A stretch of DNA of 64,000 bases from a bacterium (GTDB lineage Bacteria; SAR324; JACQKK01): NCBI GenBank assembly GCA_965240465.1, contig OZ251219.1:256001-320000 (forward strand). The letters are read 5' to 3'. Position numbers and translations under genes: made by a program. Of this stretch, positions 38,840 to 49,445 are shown in pieces (within the stretch, counting starts at the first letter, position 1; every line of letters begins with the position of its first letter). The notes beneath the pieces are model-generated. The model had not been told where the DNA came from and made no database searches. It saw nothing but the letters and a program-made list of their open reading frames with translations.

Positions 38840-40618
38840 TTAGGGGGTGCGATGGTGAATCACGGCTTGATAGATAGCTTTAGCGACCTTTTGTCTAGCG
38901 GCGGGAGTGATCATCAGGGTTAGGTCTTGGGGATTGTTAAGGTTTGAGATTTCCAACAGGATGGAAGAGCGGATAGGGCTGTAGTGCAAGATAGCGGGCA
39001 AGGCACGTTCTCCTTGGCGATAATAGAAGCTGCGTACTGGTCTGCGAGTACTAACCAGTAGCTGATTTTGCTTAAAGCTCCTTTGGATGGAAAGAGCCAA
39101 TTTACGACTGTTTTCAGCTATTTTGCGTCTTTGTTGGGCTGAGAAATGAATTCGCGAGGGGACTCCTTCTTTGCGGCGTTGATAGATATTTCCCTTGGGG
39201 TAAAATTCTGAGGAGCGTAGTAGGTGATCTGGATAGTAGAACATGGCACCTCGCATGGTTTTGATGAGGGCATCGCCATGGATGCTAATAAGCAGGATAT
39301 TATTTTCGGGCACTCCTTTTTTTCGTAATCTGCGATGTAGATCATTGACTAAGAACACCCTCATATTAGTTGCGACATGCGATGAGTCCATGAGGTAGGG
39401 GGGAGTGACTTGTACTCGTTCACCACCCCGAATAGCCGTTTGCAGGTGTTGAATGGGACCCTTCTGATGATGATCTCGCACAGTTAGATAGGGCTTATGT
39501 CCGGCGGCACGCACCATTTTTTCTAGACGCAGAGCTATGTCATAGACAATTTCATGCTCGGACAAGGTAGCCTTAGTTTTCGGATGCCGATAAACTGCTC
39601 CTGGGTCTTTACCGCCATGGCCAGCATCGATCAACACATGCAGGATGGATTTATTCTGTGTAGTTCCTTTTGCATTGCTGCTCTTGTTATTTGAGCTGAT
39701 ACTTCTATTAGAACTTTTACCAACAATAGTTCTTTGATGAGTAGTGGTGGGGATATTAAGCCATTCATTGCTTAGCCAAGCTAGGGGGATATATAGCTTT
39801 TTGCCTATCGGCAGGTGGGCTGGGTTCTTGATATTATTATGTCGGGCTAGTTCCCCAGACATGCGTTTGAATTCATCGGCGTGTTCTTGGTCGGTGAATC
39901 GCTCCAGCAGCCGATACAAGGAATCACTCGGTAGTACCCGATAACTTGCCCTAAGTTGTCCTGATGATTTTTTTTCTAGTCGCAAGGGCAATTTCAAGCT
40001 ATTCCTGCCGAAGCCCATTTCACTCGGAATCCAATCCAGCGGGATGACCACCATTTGTCCCAGTCGCAGAACATCGGGATTGGCTAACCGATTATAGCGT
40101 GCCAGCTCTAGATAACGGCGTTTATCACCAGTATATGCCTGAGATAAGCTAATCAGTTTTTCATGAGGGTGAGAAACCCTATGTATCCAACCTCGCTGGC
40201 TTATTTTATCTTCAGGATAAAGTTTTCTTAATGACAACCCTTGCACGGAAAAAGGCAACCATTCCAATCTAACCCGTACTGGCTTCCCTAAGCGAACCAC
40301 CTGTTTTTGGTTCAGAATCTCTAACCCACTAGCCCACTGGGCAGTACCCGTTAAACGCTCAGATAGCTGAATATACCCCTCATTCTGTTTGGGTAGTATC
40401 CTTGCTTCTAGCTGACCCTGCCGCCAACCAATCTCAAACTCACCGACCTCCTTGCTCCGAGCCAGAGTGCTTTCGCTGGCAACAGCTCCGCTGCCTAGCA
40501 ATAGCAAAAATACCAGATACACCCCTCGCCAGATCAATCCTCCCCTGGCTATCCTGCCAATCCAGGGTGTGATGACAATACTCCCTAATCGCCGCAATTC
40601 ACACCTCTTAAAAAACAC
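38840..40618 (-). CDS. N-acetylmuramoyl-L-alanine amidase (Amidase_3) with LysM-like domains
   Basis: IDAGHGGKDPGA, EHEIVYDIALRL, ISIHGD, ILLEISNLNN; LARYNRLANPDVLRLGQMVVIP LysM. Confidence 0.85.
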   Translation of the reverse strand: MFFKRCELRRLGSIVITPWIGRIARGGLIWRGVYLVFLLLLGSGAVASESTLARSKEVGEFEIGWRQGQLEARILPKQNEGYIQLSERLTGTAQWASGLEILNQKQVVRLGKPVRVRLEWLPFSVQGLSLRKLYPEDKISQRGWIHRVSHPHEKLISLSQAYTGDKRRYLELARYNRLANPDVLRLGQMVVIPLDWIPSEMGFGRNSLKLPLRLEKKSSGQLRASYRVLPSDSLYRLLERFTDQEHADEFKRMSGELARHNNIKNPAHLPIGKKLYIPLAWLSNEWLNIPTTTHQRTIVGKSSNRSISSNNKSSNAKGTTQNKSILHVLIDAGHGGKDPGAVYRHPKTKATLSEHEIVYDIALRLEKMVRAAGHKPYLTVRDHHQKGPIQHLQTAIRGGERVQVTPPYLMDSSHVATNMRVFLVNDLHRRLRKKGVPENNILLISIHGDALIKTMRGAMFYYPDHLLRSSEFYPKGNIYQRRKEGVPSRIHFSAQQRRKIAENSRKLALSIQRSFKQNQLLVSTRRPVRSFYYRQGERALPAILHYSPIRSSILLEISNLNNPQDLTLMITPAARQKVAKAIYQAVIHHRTP

Positions 40619-40750
40619 AATGATGTACCTCAGATAACCGTTCAGTATCCCTGCTCAGTACTCCCACTCACTCCCCCCCGTACCCGACAAACCCCGATGA
40701 TCCTATACGTACATATGCATACAGCGTGCCTGAAGACCCCCCCCCCCCCC

Positions 40751-40905
40751 ACCTAAGCCCGACTATCTTTGCAGCTTGCCAAGAATCCGCTAGATTTTCA
40801 CCTAAGCCCGATTATCTTTGCAGCTTGCCAAGAATCCGCTAGATTTTCACCTAAGCCCGACTATCTTTATAGCTTGCCAAGAATACGCTAGATTTTCACC
40901 CAAGC
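40751..40905. repeat. 49-bp tandem repeat, 3 copies, preceded by a poly-C tract
   Basis: acctaagcccgactatctttgcagcttgccaagaatccgctagattttc x3; C run at about 40737-40750. Confidence 0.9.
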
Positions 40906-41709
40906 TTATTCTTGTTCTACTTCTTCCTGTGGTTCCAGATTTTCATCTTGTGCTGGGTATCCTTCTGGGAGTGAGGGACGAACATCAGTTTCTCCAATAT
41001 CGCTGGCGTCAATTTCGCCTTCCAACCGTTCCACCACCTCTTGATCGTGCAGACGGGCGGCCCAGAGATATAATAAATACCCCGAGCGTTCCAGTTTTTT
41101 ATAGCTGTTGTAGGCAGCGACATAGCCATCGGCAACGATACCGCGTTCTCGGGTAGGATTGCCCTCGGCATCCTCCAGAGCAGGAATGTTGACCACAGCA
41201 CTGATACTCAATAGATCGGGGTCTTCCAGCTGGGGATTGGCTCTGAGTATGGCGGGCCACAGATATCCCTGGCGATACCATGCATCGGACAACCTCCAGA
41301 GAGAATCGCCTTCCAGAACAGTATGTTTTCCTCCTTGCCTGCCATTGAAGACATAGGGGCTATCCAAAGAAGATGGTCCTTCAATGCCCAACACTCCACG
41401 CACCAGATGAGGAGTATTCTGGTACAAATAGTAGCCATATACTACAAGCCCCGCCAGCATGGCCGTGCCCAAGACAGCCGCAAACATTCGGCGGCGATGA
41501 GCACGCCTTTGTGCTTCCAGCACCCGCATATAGTGAGCAACACTCTCTATCCCCATCCGGTGGGCCTCTTGATGAAGAGGACTATTTTTTATGGTTAGCT
41601 CGGGAGAAACAAAATCTGGCTCTTTAAGAACACCCAACAAGCCTTTCAGTTTACGCTGACGCTCGTTTTCTATTTCTTCTGCATGTCTTGCGACTTCTTC
41701 TCTATCCAT
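40906..41709 (-). CDS. Membrane-anchored LysM domain protein
   Basis: TM segment MFAAVLGTAMLAGLVVYGYYL; HTVLEGDSLWRLS..WY...WPAILRANPQLEDPDLL LysM; GGAG Shine-Dalgarno. Confidence 0.85.
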   Translation of the reverse strand: MDREEVARHAEEIENERQRKLKGLLGVLKEPDFVSPELTIKNSPLHQEAHRMGIESVAHYMRVLEAQRRAHRRRMFAAVLGTAMLAGLVVYGYYLYQNTPHLVRGVLGIEGPSSLDSPYVFNGRQGGKHTVLEGDSLWRLSDAWYRQGYLWPAILRANPQLEDPDLLSISAVVNIPALEDAEGNPTRERGIVADGYVAAYNSYKKLERSGYLLYLWAARLHDQEVVERLEGEIDASDIGETDVRPSLPEGYPAQDENLEPQEEVEQE

Positions 41710-42027
41710 ATTTCTCCTTGGGTTAGAATATCATTGTTGCAAATGCTATAAAATTTAATGCTCTGGAATGTTATGATGTCTCTTCAAGCAGAATATCAGC
41801 ACTACCACACAATAACATAGCTGAATAACATAGCTGAAATTCGTTGAGCAGACCTGGGCAAAATTGCAATAATCACTGCATATAGGGATGATTCTAACGC
41901 AATCAACCTACATAAGCAAATAGATATTCGTCAAAGTGTACTATTTGGAGCTAAAATTCGTATTTAAGCACAAAACATTCTTAACCACTCTGCACCTTTT
42001 ACTTAACTCACTTAACCTTATCACAGT

Positions 42028-42260
42028 ACTTCTAGCTATTCGTACAACACTTCTAGCCATTCGTACAACACTTCTAGCCATTCGTACAACACTTCTAGCC
42101 ATTCGTACAACACTTCTAGCTATTCGTACAACACTTCTAGCTATTCGTACAACACTTCTAGCCATTCGTACAACACTTCCAGCTATTCGTACAACACTTC
42201 CAGCTATTCGTACAACACTTCCAGCTATTCGTGCAACACTTCTAGCCATTCGTGCAACAC
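42028..42260. repeat. 21-bp tandem repeat, 11 copies
   Basis: acttctagc(c/t)attcgtacaac repeated. Confidence 0.95.
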
Positions 42261-42332
42261 AGCACCACCCTAAAACGTACCTTGCACCCGCCGCATTGGA
42301 ACACATAAATTATCCTGTGTCAAATTCATTTT

Positions 42333-43184
42333 TCATTTAATGGCCCCTATCTTTTGCCCAAGAAGTAGAGGTTTCCCTGGCTTTAATGAAGAAGAAAGAG
42401 TAACTGCATTAGGAGGAAAAACCAACATTAAGCTGGAGCCCATCAAGAATTTACCTAGTTCTTGATTTTGTTTCAAATTGCAAGTTGGCTTGATCTCCCT
42501 AAAGGTAGGTCGCCAATGAGATTGATTGTTAGTATCCCCAGAAAAAGAAAGCTGGATATTACTCACGCCCGTAGCCGCGATGGCAATGAATATCCACTGC
42601 CCAAAGGAGGAATTCATCCCGAGGGCAATACGCTCATTACGCAGAAATAGGCCAGGGATAGCACGCAATCCTAAAGGGCTTACAGTCCAGAGGTCACCGG
42701 GCATATGAACCAGCCATTTAATTTGGGCATCACAGGGGAGATGAAATCGGTGGTAATCACGCGGACTGAGGTAGATACTGAGGAATTTACCGCTTTCAAA
42801 TGCTGAGGCTGGGGGAGCCTTAGGAAAAATATTCGCCCCCCAGAGTCCGCCCAGGGAGCAAGACTGGTTTTTTATTTGCAGGAATTGCTCGTTATTAACC
42901 GTTCCGCCTTGGATGATCTTACCATCACAAGGAGATGAAAGGACTGGTGGTAGCGATAACTTACGTGCTTCGGGGCGTAAGGTGCGAACAAAGAATTCAT
43001 TGAAACACTGCCAGTCTGTTTTTTCAAATTGACCGAGGTTGATACGAAACCAGCCTGCATAAACACGGATGACACATTTAAGCAACCAAGCAGGAAGCGA
43101 TGCCGAAGCCAGTTTACCTAAACAGCTACTAAATAGTCGCTTTGGGAAACAGGTGAATAATACCCGATACAGTAGGGGTATCAT
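42333..43184 (-). CDS. psd: Phosphatidylserine decarboxylase proenzyme
   Basis: FNEFFVR, SPCDG, YLSPRDYHRFHLP, RNER, G.FLMGSS cleavage motif. Confidence 0.9.
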   Translation of the reverse strand: MIPLLYRVLFTCFPKRLFSSCLGKLASASLPAWLLKCVIRVYAGWFRINLGQFEKTDWQCFNEFFVRTLRPEARKLSLPPVLSSPCDGKIIQGGTVNNEQFLQIKNQSCSLGGLWGANIFPKAPPASAFESGKFLSIYLSPRDYHRFHLPCDAQIKWLVHMPGDLWTVSPLGLRAIPGLFLRNERIALGMNSSFGQWIFIAIAATGVSNIQLSFSGDTNNQSHWRPTFREIKPTCNLKQNQELGKFLMGSSLMLVFPPNAVTLSSSLKPGKPLLLGQKIGAIK

Positions 43185-44968
43185 GCTGTTTTGATTATTT
43201 TCAGTAATTCTTCGCTTTCTACGGTTTCTTTTTCCATCAGACGCTTAGCTAGGGCATGAAGCACTGCTAGGTTTTCGGAAAGCAATTTTTTAGCTTTTTG
43301 GTAGCAAGATTTCAGAATGCTGTTCATTTCAGCATCTATACACTCTGCAGTATATTCTCCATAAGGGCGTTCCACATTAATACTGCGACCTAAGAACATG
43401 TTTTGGGATTCATTTTCCAAATGCAGAGGTCCCAGTTTGCTCATGCCCCAAGCGGTAACCATCTTGCGTGCCGTGCGAGTAGCTTGCACAATATCGCCTC
43501 CAGCCCCAGTGGTTATTTCCCCAAATACCAATTCTTCGGCGGCCCGACCACCCATGGCTACCACAATAGACTCCAGCAAGTATTCCTTATCATGATTATG
43601 TAATTCCTCACGAGGCATAAAGCTAGTTAGTCCCAAGCAGTGACCACGAGGAATAATGGTGACCTTATGTACATCATCCGCCCGAGGCAATAACCCTCCC
43701 ACAATGGCATGACCTGCCTCGTGATAGGCAGTATTCTTACGCTCTTTGGCAGTCATCACCATGCTATGCCGCTCTGGCCCCATCAATAGCTTGTCCCGTG
43801 CCCATTCCAGATGCTCTAAAGCAACACTCTTATGATTGCAGCGAGCAGCATACAAGGCAGATTCGTTGATTAAATTACGCAAGTCGGCTCCAGAAAACCC
43901 TGGGGTTCCCCGAGCGACCACCGACAGATCTACTCCTTTTTTTAATCGCACCTTAGAAGCATGAATAGCCAAAATTCGTTTCCGACTACGCAAATCAGGC
44001 AAAGGAGCATTAACAGTACGGTCAAAACGACCAGGACGTAACAAAGCCCTATCCAACACATCAGCCCGATTGGTAGCCGCTAGTACCACCACCCCTTCTG
44101 AAGATTCAAAACCATCCATTTCCACCAAGATCTGATTCAAGGTTTGCTCGCGCTCATCATGACCATTCCCCAAGCCAGACCCCCGACGACGACCAACCGC
44201 ATCAATTTCATCCACAAACAAAATGCAAGGAGCATTCTTACGACCCTCCTCAAATAAATCACGCACCCGACTAGCTCCCACTCCCACAAACATCTCTACA
44301 AAATCTGAACCGCTCACCGAAAAAAATGGCACTCCTGACTCACCAGCTACCGCTTTCGCTAACAAGGTCTTGCCACTGCCCGGAGGCCCTACCAATAACA
44401 CCCCCTTGGGAATACGACCTCCTAACTTGCTAAATTTCTTAGGATCCTTCAAAAACTCAACAATCTCCACCAACTCCTCTTTGGCTTCTTCCACTCCAGC
44501 AATATCTGCAAAAGTTACCTTCTGTTTCGCTTCATCCGCCCGATAAGCACGACTCTTCCCCAACGAAAATAATTTACTCCCCAACCCGCCACGCATACGC
44601 CTAGCAAAAAAAACAAAAACCACCACCAGCAAAAGTAAGGGACCCCAACCCGCCAAAAATCGCAAAGGCCACGAACCAACCTCCGGCGAACGAACCGAAA
44701 TAACTACCCTCTGGCTACGCAGTAATGGCACCAATCCCGCGTCCGATGGCGTAATTACCTTAATCTTCTCGCCACTCTTTAAGGTCCCAAAAACGTTATC
44801 CCCAGACATCAGCACTTCCGATACCTCCCCCTGCTTCACCTGCGATAAAAAATCACTGTACGCCAGCTCCTGATCCCCCGTCCCCTTGTGTGCCAAACCA
44901 TTCAGCAACATGATGAACCCCACTACTGCCACTAAACCCAATAAGAATTTCCTGTTTTGCTTTTCCAT
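43181..44968 (-). CDS. ftsH: ATP-dependent zinc metalloprotease FtsH
   Basis: Two TM segments, [28 protein letters not shown]. Confidence 0.96.
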   Translation of the reverse strand: MEKQNRKFLLGLVAVVGFIMLLNGLAHKGTGDQELAYSDFLSQVKQGEVSEVLMSGDNVFGTLKSGEKIKVITPSDAGLVPLLRSQRVVISVRSPEVGSWPLRFLAGWGPLLLLVVVFVFFARRMRGGLGSKLFSLGKSRAYRADEAKQKVTFADIAGVEEAKEELVEIVEFLKDPKKFSKLGGRIPKGVLLVGPPGSGKTLLAKAVAGESGVPFFSVSGSDFVEMFVGVGASRVRDLFEEGRKNAPCILFVDEIDAVGRRRGSGLGNGHDEREQTLNQILVEMDGFESSEGVVVLAATNRADVLDRALLRPGRFDRTVNAPLPDLRSRKRILAIHASKVRLKKGVDLSVVARGTPGFSGADLRNLINESALYAARCNHKSVALEHLEWARDKLLMGPERHSMVMTAKERKNTAYHEAGHAIVGGLLPRADDVHKVTIIPRGHCLGLTSFMPREELHNHDKEYLLESIVVAMGGRAAEELVFGEITTGAGGDIVQATRTARKMVTAWGMSKLGPLHLENESQNMFLGRSINVERPYGEYTAECIDAEMNSILKSCYQKAKKLLSENLAVLHALAKRLMEKETVESEELLKIIKTA

Positions 44969-45077
44969 CTACCAATTCCAATCGCCAAAAACTCCACTGA
45001 TAAAAACACTCACTCCCCAACCATCCTCAACCATCCTCCCTCTTCCCATCCTAACATACATAAGTCAACGCAACTTC

Positions 45078-46535
45078 TCAAAACCCCCTGGATTTAGGAG
45101 AATATGCCTGAAAAATGATATGCCGCTCGCCAATCTCGCTGGATACCACCTTCGGGAGCTCTCTCCCATTAGAGATTCCATCAGCTCTCCCATTATAGAC
45201 TCCATCGGCTCTCCCATCGGATACTCCATCGGCTCTCCCATTAGAGATTCCATCAGCTCTCCCATTAGAGACTCCATCGGCTCTCCCATCGGATACTCCA
45301 TCAGCTCTCCCATTAGAGACTCCATCGGCTCTCCCATCAGAGACATTTTTGGGGATCTCAATAGATACTTGGTTAATATTTCTAACTCCAGATTTCACAC
45401 AACGCCCGATCTCGCGTACCTCTAGTTCTAAAGGCTTGGCTAATTCTTCAAGCACCCGTACCAGCCGAGGATCACCAATTACCTCCATGCGATGCCCCAT
45501 ATTGAACACTTGGTACATATCCCTCCGAGATGCTTGGCTGGTATTTGCTATCAATTCAAATAGCGGTGGCGGATCAAATAGATTGTCTTTAACATAGTTG
45601 ATTTCGTGTCCCAGTCTTAAGCACTTGGTTTGACCACCTCCAGTGCAGTGTACCAGCCCCGATACCAAATCTGAATGTTTTTCCAGCAATGGTTTGATGA
45701 TGGGAATGTAGCTCCGAGTAGGGGAAAGAAGGGCTTGCCCGATGGAAAGCGGTGTGCCTTCAAGGGTATCTTGGATGGAAAAATTGCCTTTATAATGCAG
45801 ATTTGAATCAACGAGGCGGGGTTCCAAGGTTTCGGGGTATTGCTTGGCGTAGCTTTCTGAGAGTAAGTCATGGCGGGCAGAAGTGAGACCATTGCTACCT
45901 ATCCCGCTATTGTACTGCTCTTCATAAGTTGTTTTGCCAAAAGATGACAATCCTACTATGACATCCCCTGGGGCAATTTTACTGCCATCTATCACTCGGG
46001 ATTTTTTCATTCGGGTAGTCAGGGTGACATCCACCAGCATGGTTCGCACGACATCTCCTACATCGGCAGTTTCTCCGCCTGTCAGGCAGACTTCCACTCC
46101 CCATTTCTTAAAAAACTCCGCTGATTTCCTAAGTCCACGCAAGAAAGCTTCCAAAGCCTCTGGTGGCAAGCGATGGGTATTGCGAGCAACCGTATTAGAA
46201 CACAAATAGGGACCCAAAGCCCCCACGCACAACATATCATCGGTATTCATTACTAAGGCATCATGTGCCAAACTTTCAAAGCCCTGTAAATCCCCTGTTT
46301 CCTCGTAATATAGATATGCAACTATGCCCTTGCTTCCAGCTCCATCGGTATGTTGCAAAGAGCACCACTCGGGATCATTTCCCAATAAATCCTCAGTCAA
46401 ATTGCAGAATGCCCCCTTAAAAATAAATCCGTTCGTATTGGCAGCTGCCACCCTGCGGACTTCGTCCTTATGGGCTGAGACCCCACGCTTAGAATATATT
46501 TCTGGGTCTTTTTCTAGTTTTCTAGCTGGTTCCAT
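45078..46535 (-). CDS. purM: Phosphoribosylformylglycinamidine cyclo-ligase with repeat-extended C-terminus
   Basis: YSKRGVSAHK, HTDGAGSK, GGETADVGD, SNGLTSARH, HCTGGGQTK, VFNMGHRME. Confidence 0.9.
   Translation of the reverse strand: MEPARKLEKDPEIYSKRGVSAHKDEVRRVAAANTNGFIFKGAFCNLTEDLLGNDPEWCSLQHTDGAGSKGIVAYLYYEETGDLQGFESLAHDALVMNTDDMLCVGALGPYLCSNTVARNTHRLPPEALEAFLRGLRKSAEFFKKWGVEVCLTGGETADVGDVVRTMLVDVTLTTRMKKSRVIDGSKIAPGDVIVGLSSFGKTTYEEQYNSGIGSNGLTSARHDLLSESYAKQYPETLEPRLVDSNLHYKGNFSIQDTLEGTPLSIGQALLSPTRSYIPIIKPLLEKHSDLVSGLVHCTGGGQTKCLRLGHEINYVKDNLFDPPPLFELIANTSQASRRDMYQVFNMGHRMEVIGDPRLVRVLEELAKPLELEVREIGRCVKSGVRNINQVSIEIPKNVSDGRADGVSNGRADGVSDGRADGVSNGRADGISNGRADGVSDGRADGVYNGRADGISNGRELPKVVSSEIGERHIIFQAYSPKSRGF
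45159..45342. repeat. Coding minisatellite, 24-bp unit (GRADGVSN/D), about 7 copies
   Basis: ctctcccattagagattccatcag and variants. Confidence 0.92.
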
Positions 46536-46672
46536 TTATCTAGCAAAGAATATGTCGGATAATTTGGGAATGCAATCTGCTTCCATTTAGTCCCCCAGTA
46601 TCTCCATTCTTCCATGCCCTTACCCTAGCAACAAGAATTTAATTCTTCAATCAAAATATTTCTTTGGAGGGA

Positions 46673-47737
46673 CTATCGCCAAGATTTTATTAGCATGCAG
46701 TCTCCATAGCTATAGAAGCGATATTTTTGCTGGATGGCTTCATGGTAAGCATTTAGTAGCTGAGTGCGGCCATGGAAAGCTGCAGTAAGCAGTATCAGAC
46801 TGCTGGCGGGGAGGTGAAAGTTCGTCAGCAAGCCATCTACCACCAAGAAGCGATGCCCTGGGCGGATAAATAGCAGGCTATTTCCCTGAAAAAAAGCGGG
46901 CGATTGATGTTCTCCCCATGTTTCCAGTGCTCTGACGGTGGTAGTACCGATTGCTACCACTGGATTTTGGTGCTTTTTAGCGTGTTTGATGGCTTGTACG
47001 GTTTCGGTAGGGATGTTTATCCATTCGGCTGCCAGTTGGTTTTTTTTAAGTTGTTCAGCAGTAAGAGGGGTAAATGTGCCTACTCCTATGTGGAGGGTGA
47101 TAAATGCCAGCTTAATTTCTTTTTCTTGGAGTTCCTTCAAGGTGCGAGCAGTAAAGTGCATGGCAGCCGTGGGAGCCGCGATGGAACCATCACAGCGAGC
47201 AAATATGGTTTGGTAGTCATTTTTATCGGCAGCCGCGGTAGCCACCCGAGTAGGATTTAAGCGGCGTATGTAGGGGGGCAAGGGTGCTAATCCATGTTGC
47301 TGTAGTCGGTCTTTTAGGGTTTTGGGATTTTCAAATTCTAATAACCATTGTTCGTCATGCTCTCCGCAACGCTCTAGAGCCACCGCTTTTAGGTCTCCTC
47401 TGGCAAAGGAAATCAGCATGCCCGACTTCACCCGACGAGCTCGCTTTATCAAGGCCTGCCACCTCCCTTCGGTGCATTGCTGGGTCAGTAGAGCCTCCAA
47501 GAGCACCCCATTTGGGAGGCGTGCCTCCAAAAGACAAGGCTGCACTCGGGTATCATTAACTACCAGCAGAGAACGCGGCGGAAGCAACTGGGGAAATTGC
47601 TGAAATCGGCGATGCTCCCAATCATCACTACCGCGCGGCAAGACCATCATGCGAGAGACATCAGCGGGCTTACACGAATATTGTGCCACTAATTCATCAG
47701 GCAGGGTGTAGCGATACGCGTCCAGCTCACTAGTCAT
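46673..47737 (-). CDS. queA: S-adenosylmethionine:tRNA ribosyltransferase-isomerase
   Basis: VNDTRV, PLPPYIRR, YQTIFA, AAPTA, TLHIGVGTF, GTTTVRALE, TNFHLP, YRFYSYGD. Confidence 0.96.
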   Translation of the reverse strand: MTSELDAYRYTLPDELVAQYSCKPADVSRMMVLPRGSDDWEHRRFQQFPQLLPPRSLLVVNDTRVQPCLLEARLPNGVLLEALLTQQCTEGRWQALIKRARRVKSGMLISFARGDLKAVALERCGEHDEQWLLEFENPKTLKDRLQQHGLAPLPPYIRRLNPTRVATAAADKNDYQTIFARCDGSIAAPTAAMHFTARTLKELQEKEIKLAFITLHIGVGTFTPLTAEQLKKNQLAAEWINIPTETVQAIKHAKKHQNPVVAIGTTTVRALETWGEHQSPAFFQGNSLLFIRPGHRFLVVDGLLTNFHLPASSLILLTAAFHGRTQLLNAYHEAIQQKYRFYSYGDCMLIKSWR

Positions 47738-47740
47738 TGT

Positions 47741-47821
47741 TGCTAATTCTTGTTGCTAATCCTTGCTGCTAATCCTTGCTGCTAATCCTTGCTGCTAATC
47801 CTTGCTGCTAATCCTTGCTGC
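47741..47821. repeat. 13-bp tandem repeat, about 6 copies, directly upstream of the queA start
   Basis: tgctaatccttgc repeated. Confidence 0.9.
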
Positions 47822-48026
47822 GAATTGTGTCACTTTTGCCAGTGAGCTTCTCAATTTAGTTCTCACAAATTATTGTCACGAATTTTATAGTCACGAACTA
47901 TTGCCACGAACTATAGCGTGCCTAAAATCCGTGAATAACAAGCATTCAAGAAGAATTGTGGAGGAGAGTTTTTTGCTGAGAACCACAATTGAGAAGCTAA
48001 TTATTGAGAAGCTAATTGTAGAGAAG

Positions 48027-48584
48027 CTAATTGTGGAGGAGAGTTTTTTGCTGAGAACCACAATGAGGACAAGTAGCCACCGATAAACCCAGCCTGCGAC
48101 CACAACTGGTACACGGTCTGTGGTCCCAGCGATCCAACCTACCCTGACTACGAAAAGCAGGCTCCTTTTTGAAAACCCGAGCCTCCTTGCCATCCACTTT
48201 GGTGGTGGAATTATCACTTCTTTCTGCTAAGAGGGAGTATTCCATATCGTTCCAGTTTTTGACATAGGACCTGAATTGCAATCCAAAGCGGATCAACGCC
48301 AAAAATAAAAGCAGCGATAACACCATCGGCACATAGGACAACCAACTCGGAAACTCACCCTTAAAGCTCAGTAGTACCAAAACGGTAAGCAGAGTGAGGC
48401 AAAGTGCTACCCAGTTTAATCGCATAGCATCCACCAACAACCGATGCTGATGCTGAAATAAGCCCCAGAACTGCAAGCGATAATTCGTCCCCGTAGCACC
48501 CCATTCCAAATTGCCACTGCCTTTACGACGAGCAATAGGGATTCTTTTGAAAATATCAGAACCTAGCATTTGCTTTTGTCTCAC
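48027..48584 (-). CDS. Hypothetical membrane protein with C-terminal zinc ribbon
   Basis: Two hydrophobic segments; CTSC...CPHC. Confidence 0.65.
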   Translation of the reverse strand: MRQKQMLGSDIFKRIPIARRKGSGNLEWGATGTNYRLQFWGLFQHQHRLLVDAMRLNWVALCLTLLTVLVLLSFKGEFPSWLSYVPMVLSLLLFLALIRFGLQFRSYVKNWNDMEYSLLAERSDNSTTKVDGKEARVFKKEPAFRSQGRLDRWDHRPCTSCGRRLGLSVATCPHCGSQQKTLLHN

Positions 48585-48665
48585 TAATGAATTGCATGGT
48601 AGCCATCAGTTATCGCGAAAAATAGGGGTGACCTGTTTTCTCATTAAGAATAGCGAGGGAAGGAA

Positions 48666-48739
<74 letters not shown>

Positions 48740-48888
48740 CCAATCTACAAGCCTATACCCCTCACTCCTGCTTGAAAAAATACTTATGCAAAATCTCTCA
48801 ACTATATCAATCATCTTAGCTATTCCTTTGGTTACCTAATAAGTGGCAATGCATATTCCTTACCTACATCCTCGCCCGAGAGCAAAAA

Positions 48889-48962
48889 AGCGGGAAACGG
48901 GATTCGAACCCGCGACCCTCAGCTTGGAAGGCTGATGCTCTAGCCAACTGAGCTACTCCCGC
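48889..48962 (-). tRNA. tRNA-Gly(TCC)
   Basis: GCGGGAGTAGCTCAGTTGG...TCAGC-CTTCCAA-GCTGA...GGTTCGAATCCCGTTTCCCGCT. Confidence 0.95.
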
Positions 48963-49127
48963 GTACCGCTGAATTGCTAATCTAAAAAATAACAGCTGAT
49001 AAGTCAAGCCAACAAGATACTTTATTTCATGGTAGACTGAAAAATATCCTCTTTGTGGTGGATAAATTGCCCTTCGGCAGATAACCTTGAAATATCCTCT
49101 TTTTATTTCTCATTGTACTTTTTAACT

Positions 49128-49367
49128 ATGTCCGAACCTAGTCAAAAACAAGCTTCCGAACTGGAAGATCTACTGGAATTAGTTTTTATGTTTCATCGTG
49201 GTGATCGCGACAAAGTAGATGACTGGTTGCGTGCCAGCCACGCCTCCTTAGGTGGAAAAACCCCCATGGATGTCATCCGTAGTGGTAATTATCGCGATAT
49301 CGTAGACATCATCAGGATAGAGAGCGGCGCCCTGGATGATGATCCCCGATTTAAGGTACAAAAATAA
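49128..49367 (+). CDS. Xre/MbcA/ParS antitoxin toxin-binding domain protein (DUF2384-like)
   Basis: GDRDKVDDWLRASHASLGGKTPMDVI...IESG; start at ATG 49128. Confidence 0.72.
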   Translation: MSEPSQKQASELEDLLELVFMFHRGDRDKVDDWLRASHASLGGKTPMDVIRSGNYRDIVDIIRIESGALDDDPRFKVQK

Positions 49368-49445
49368 TCTCCCTCCCCAAAATAGATACCCAGAATAGAT
49401 AAAGGCGATACGATCATAGATCCCGCCCGCTATAAACTCCGCCCG

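Noticed and set aside
41936-42340. 134-aa and 121-aa ORFs over the 21-bp repeat
   Set aside because: Low-complexity translations of the minisatellite on both strands with no recognisable domain
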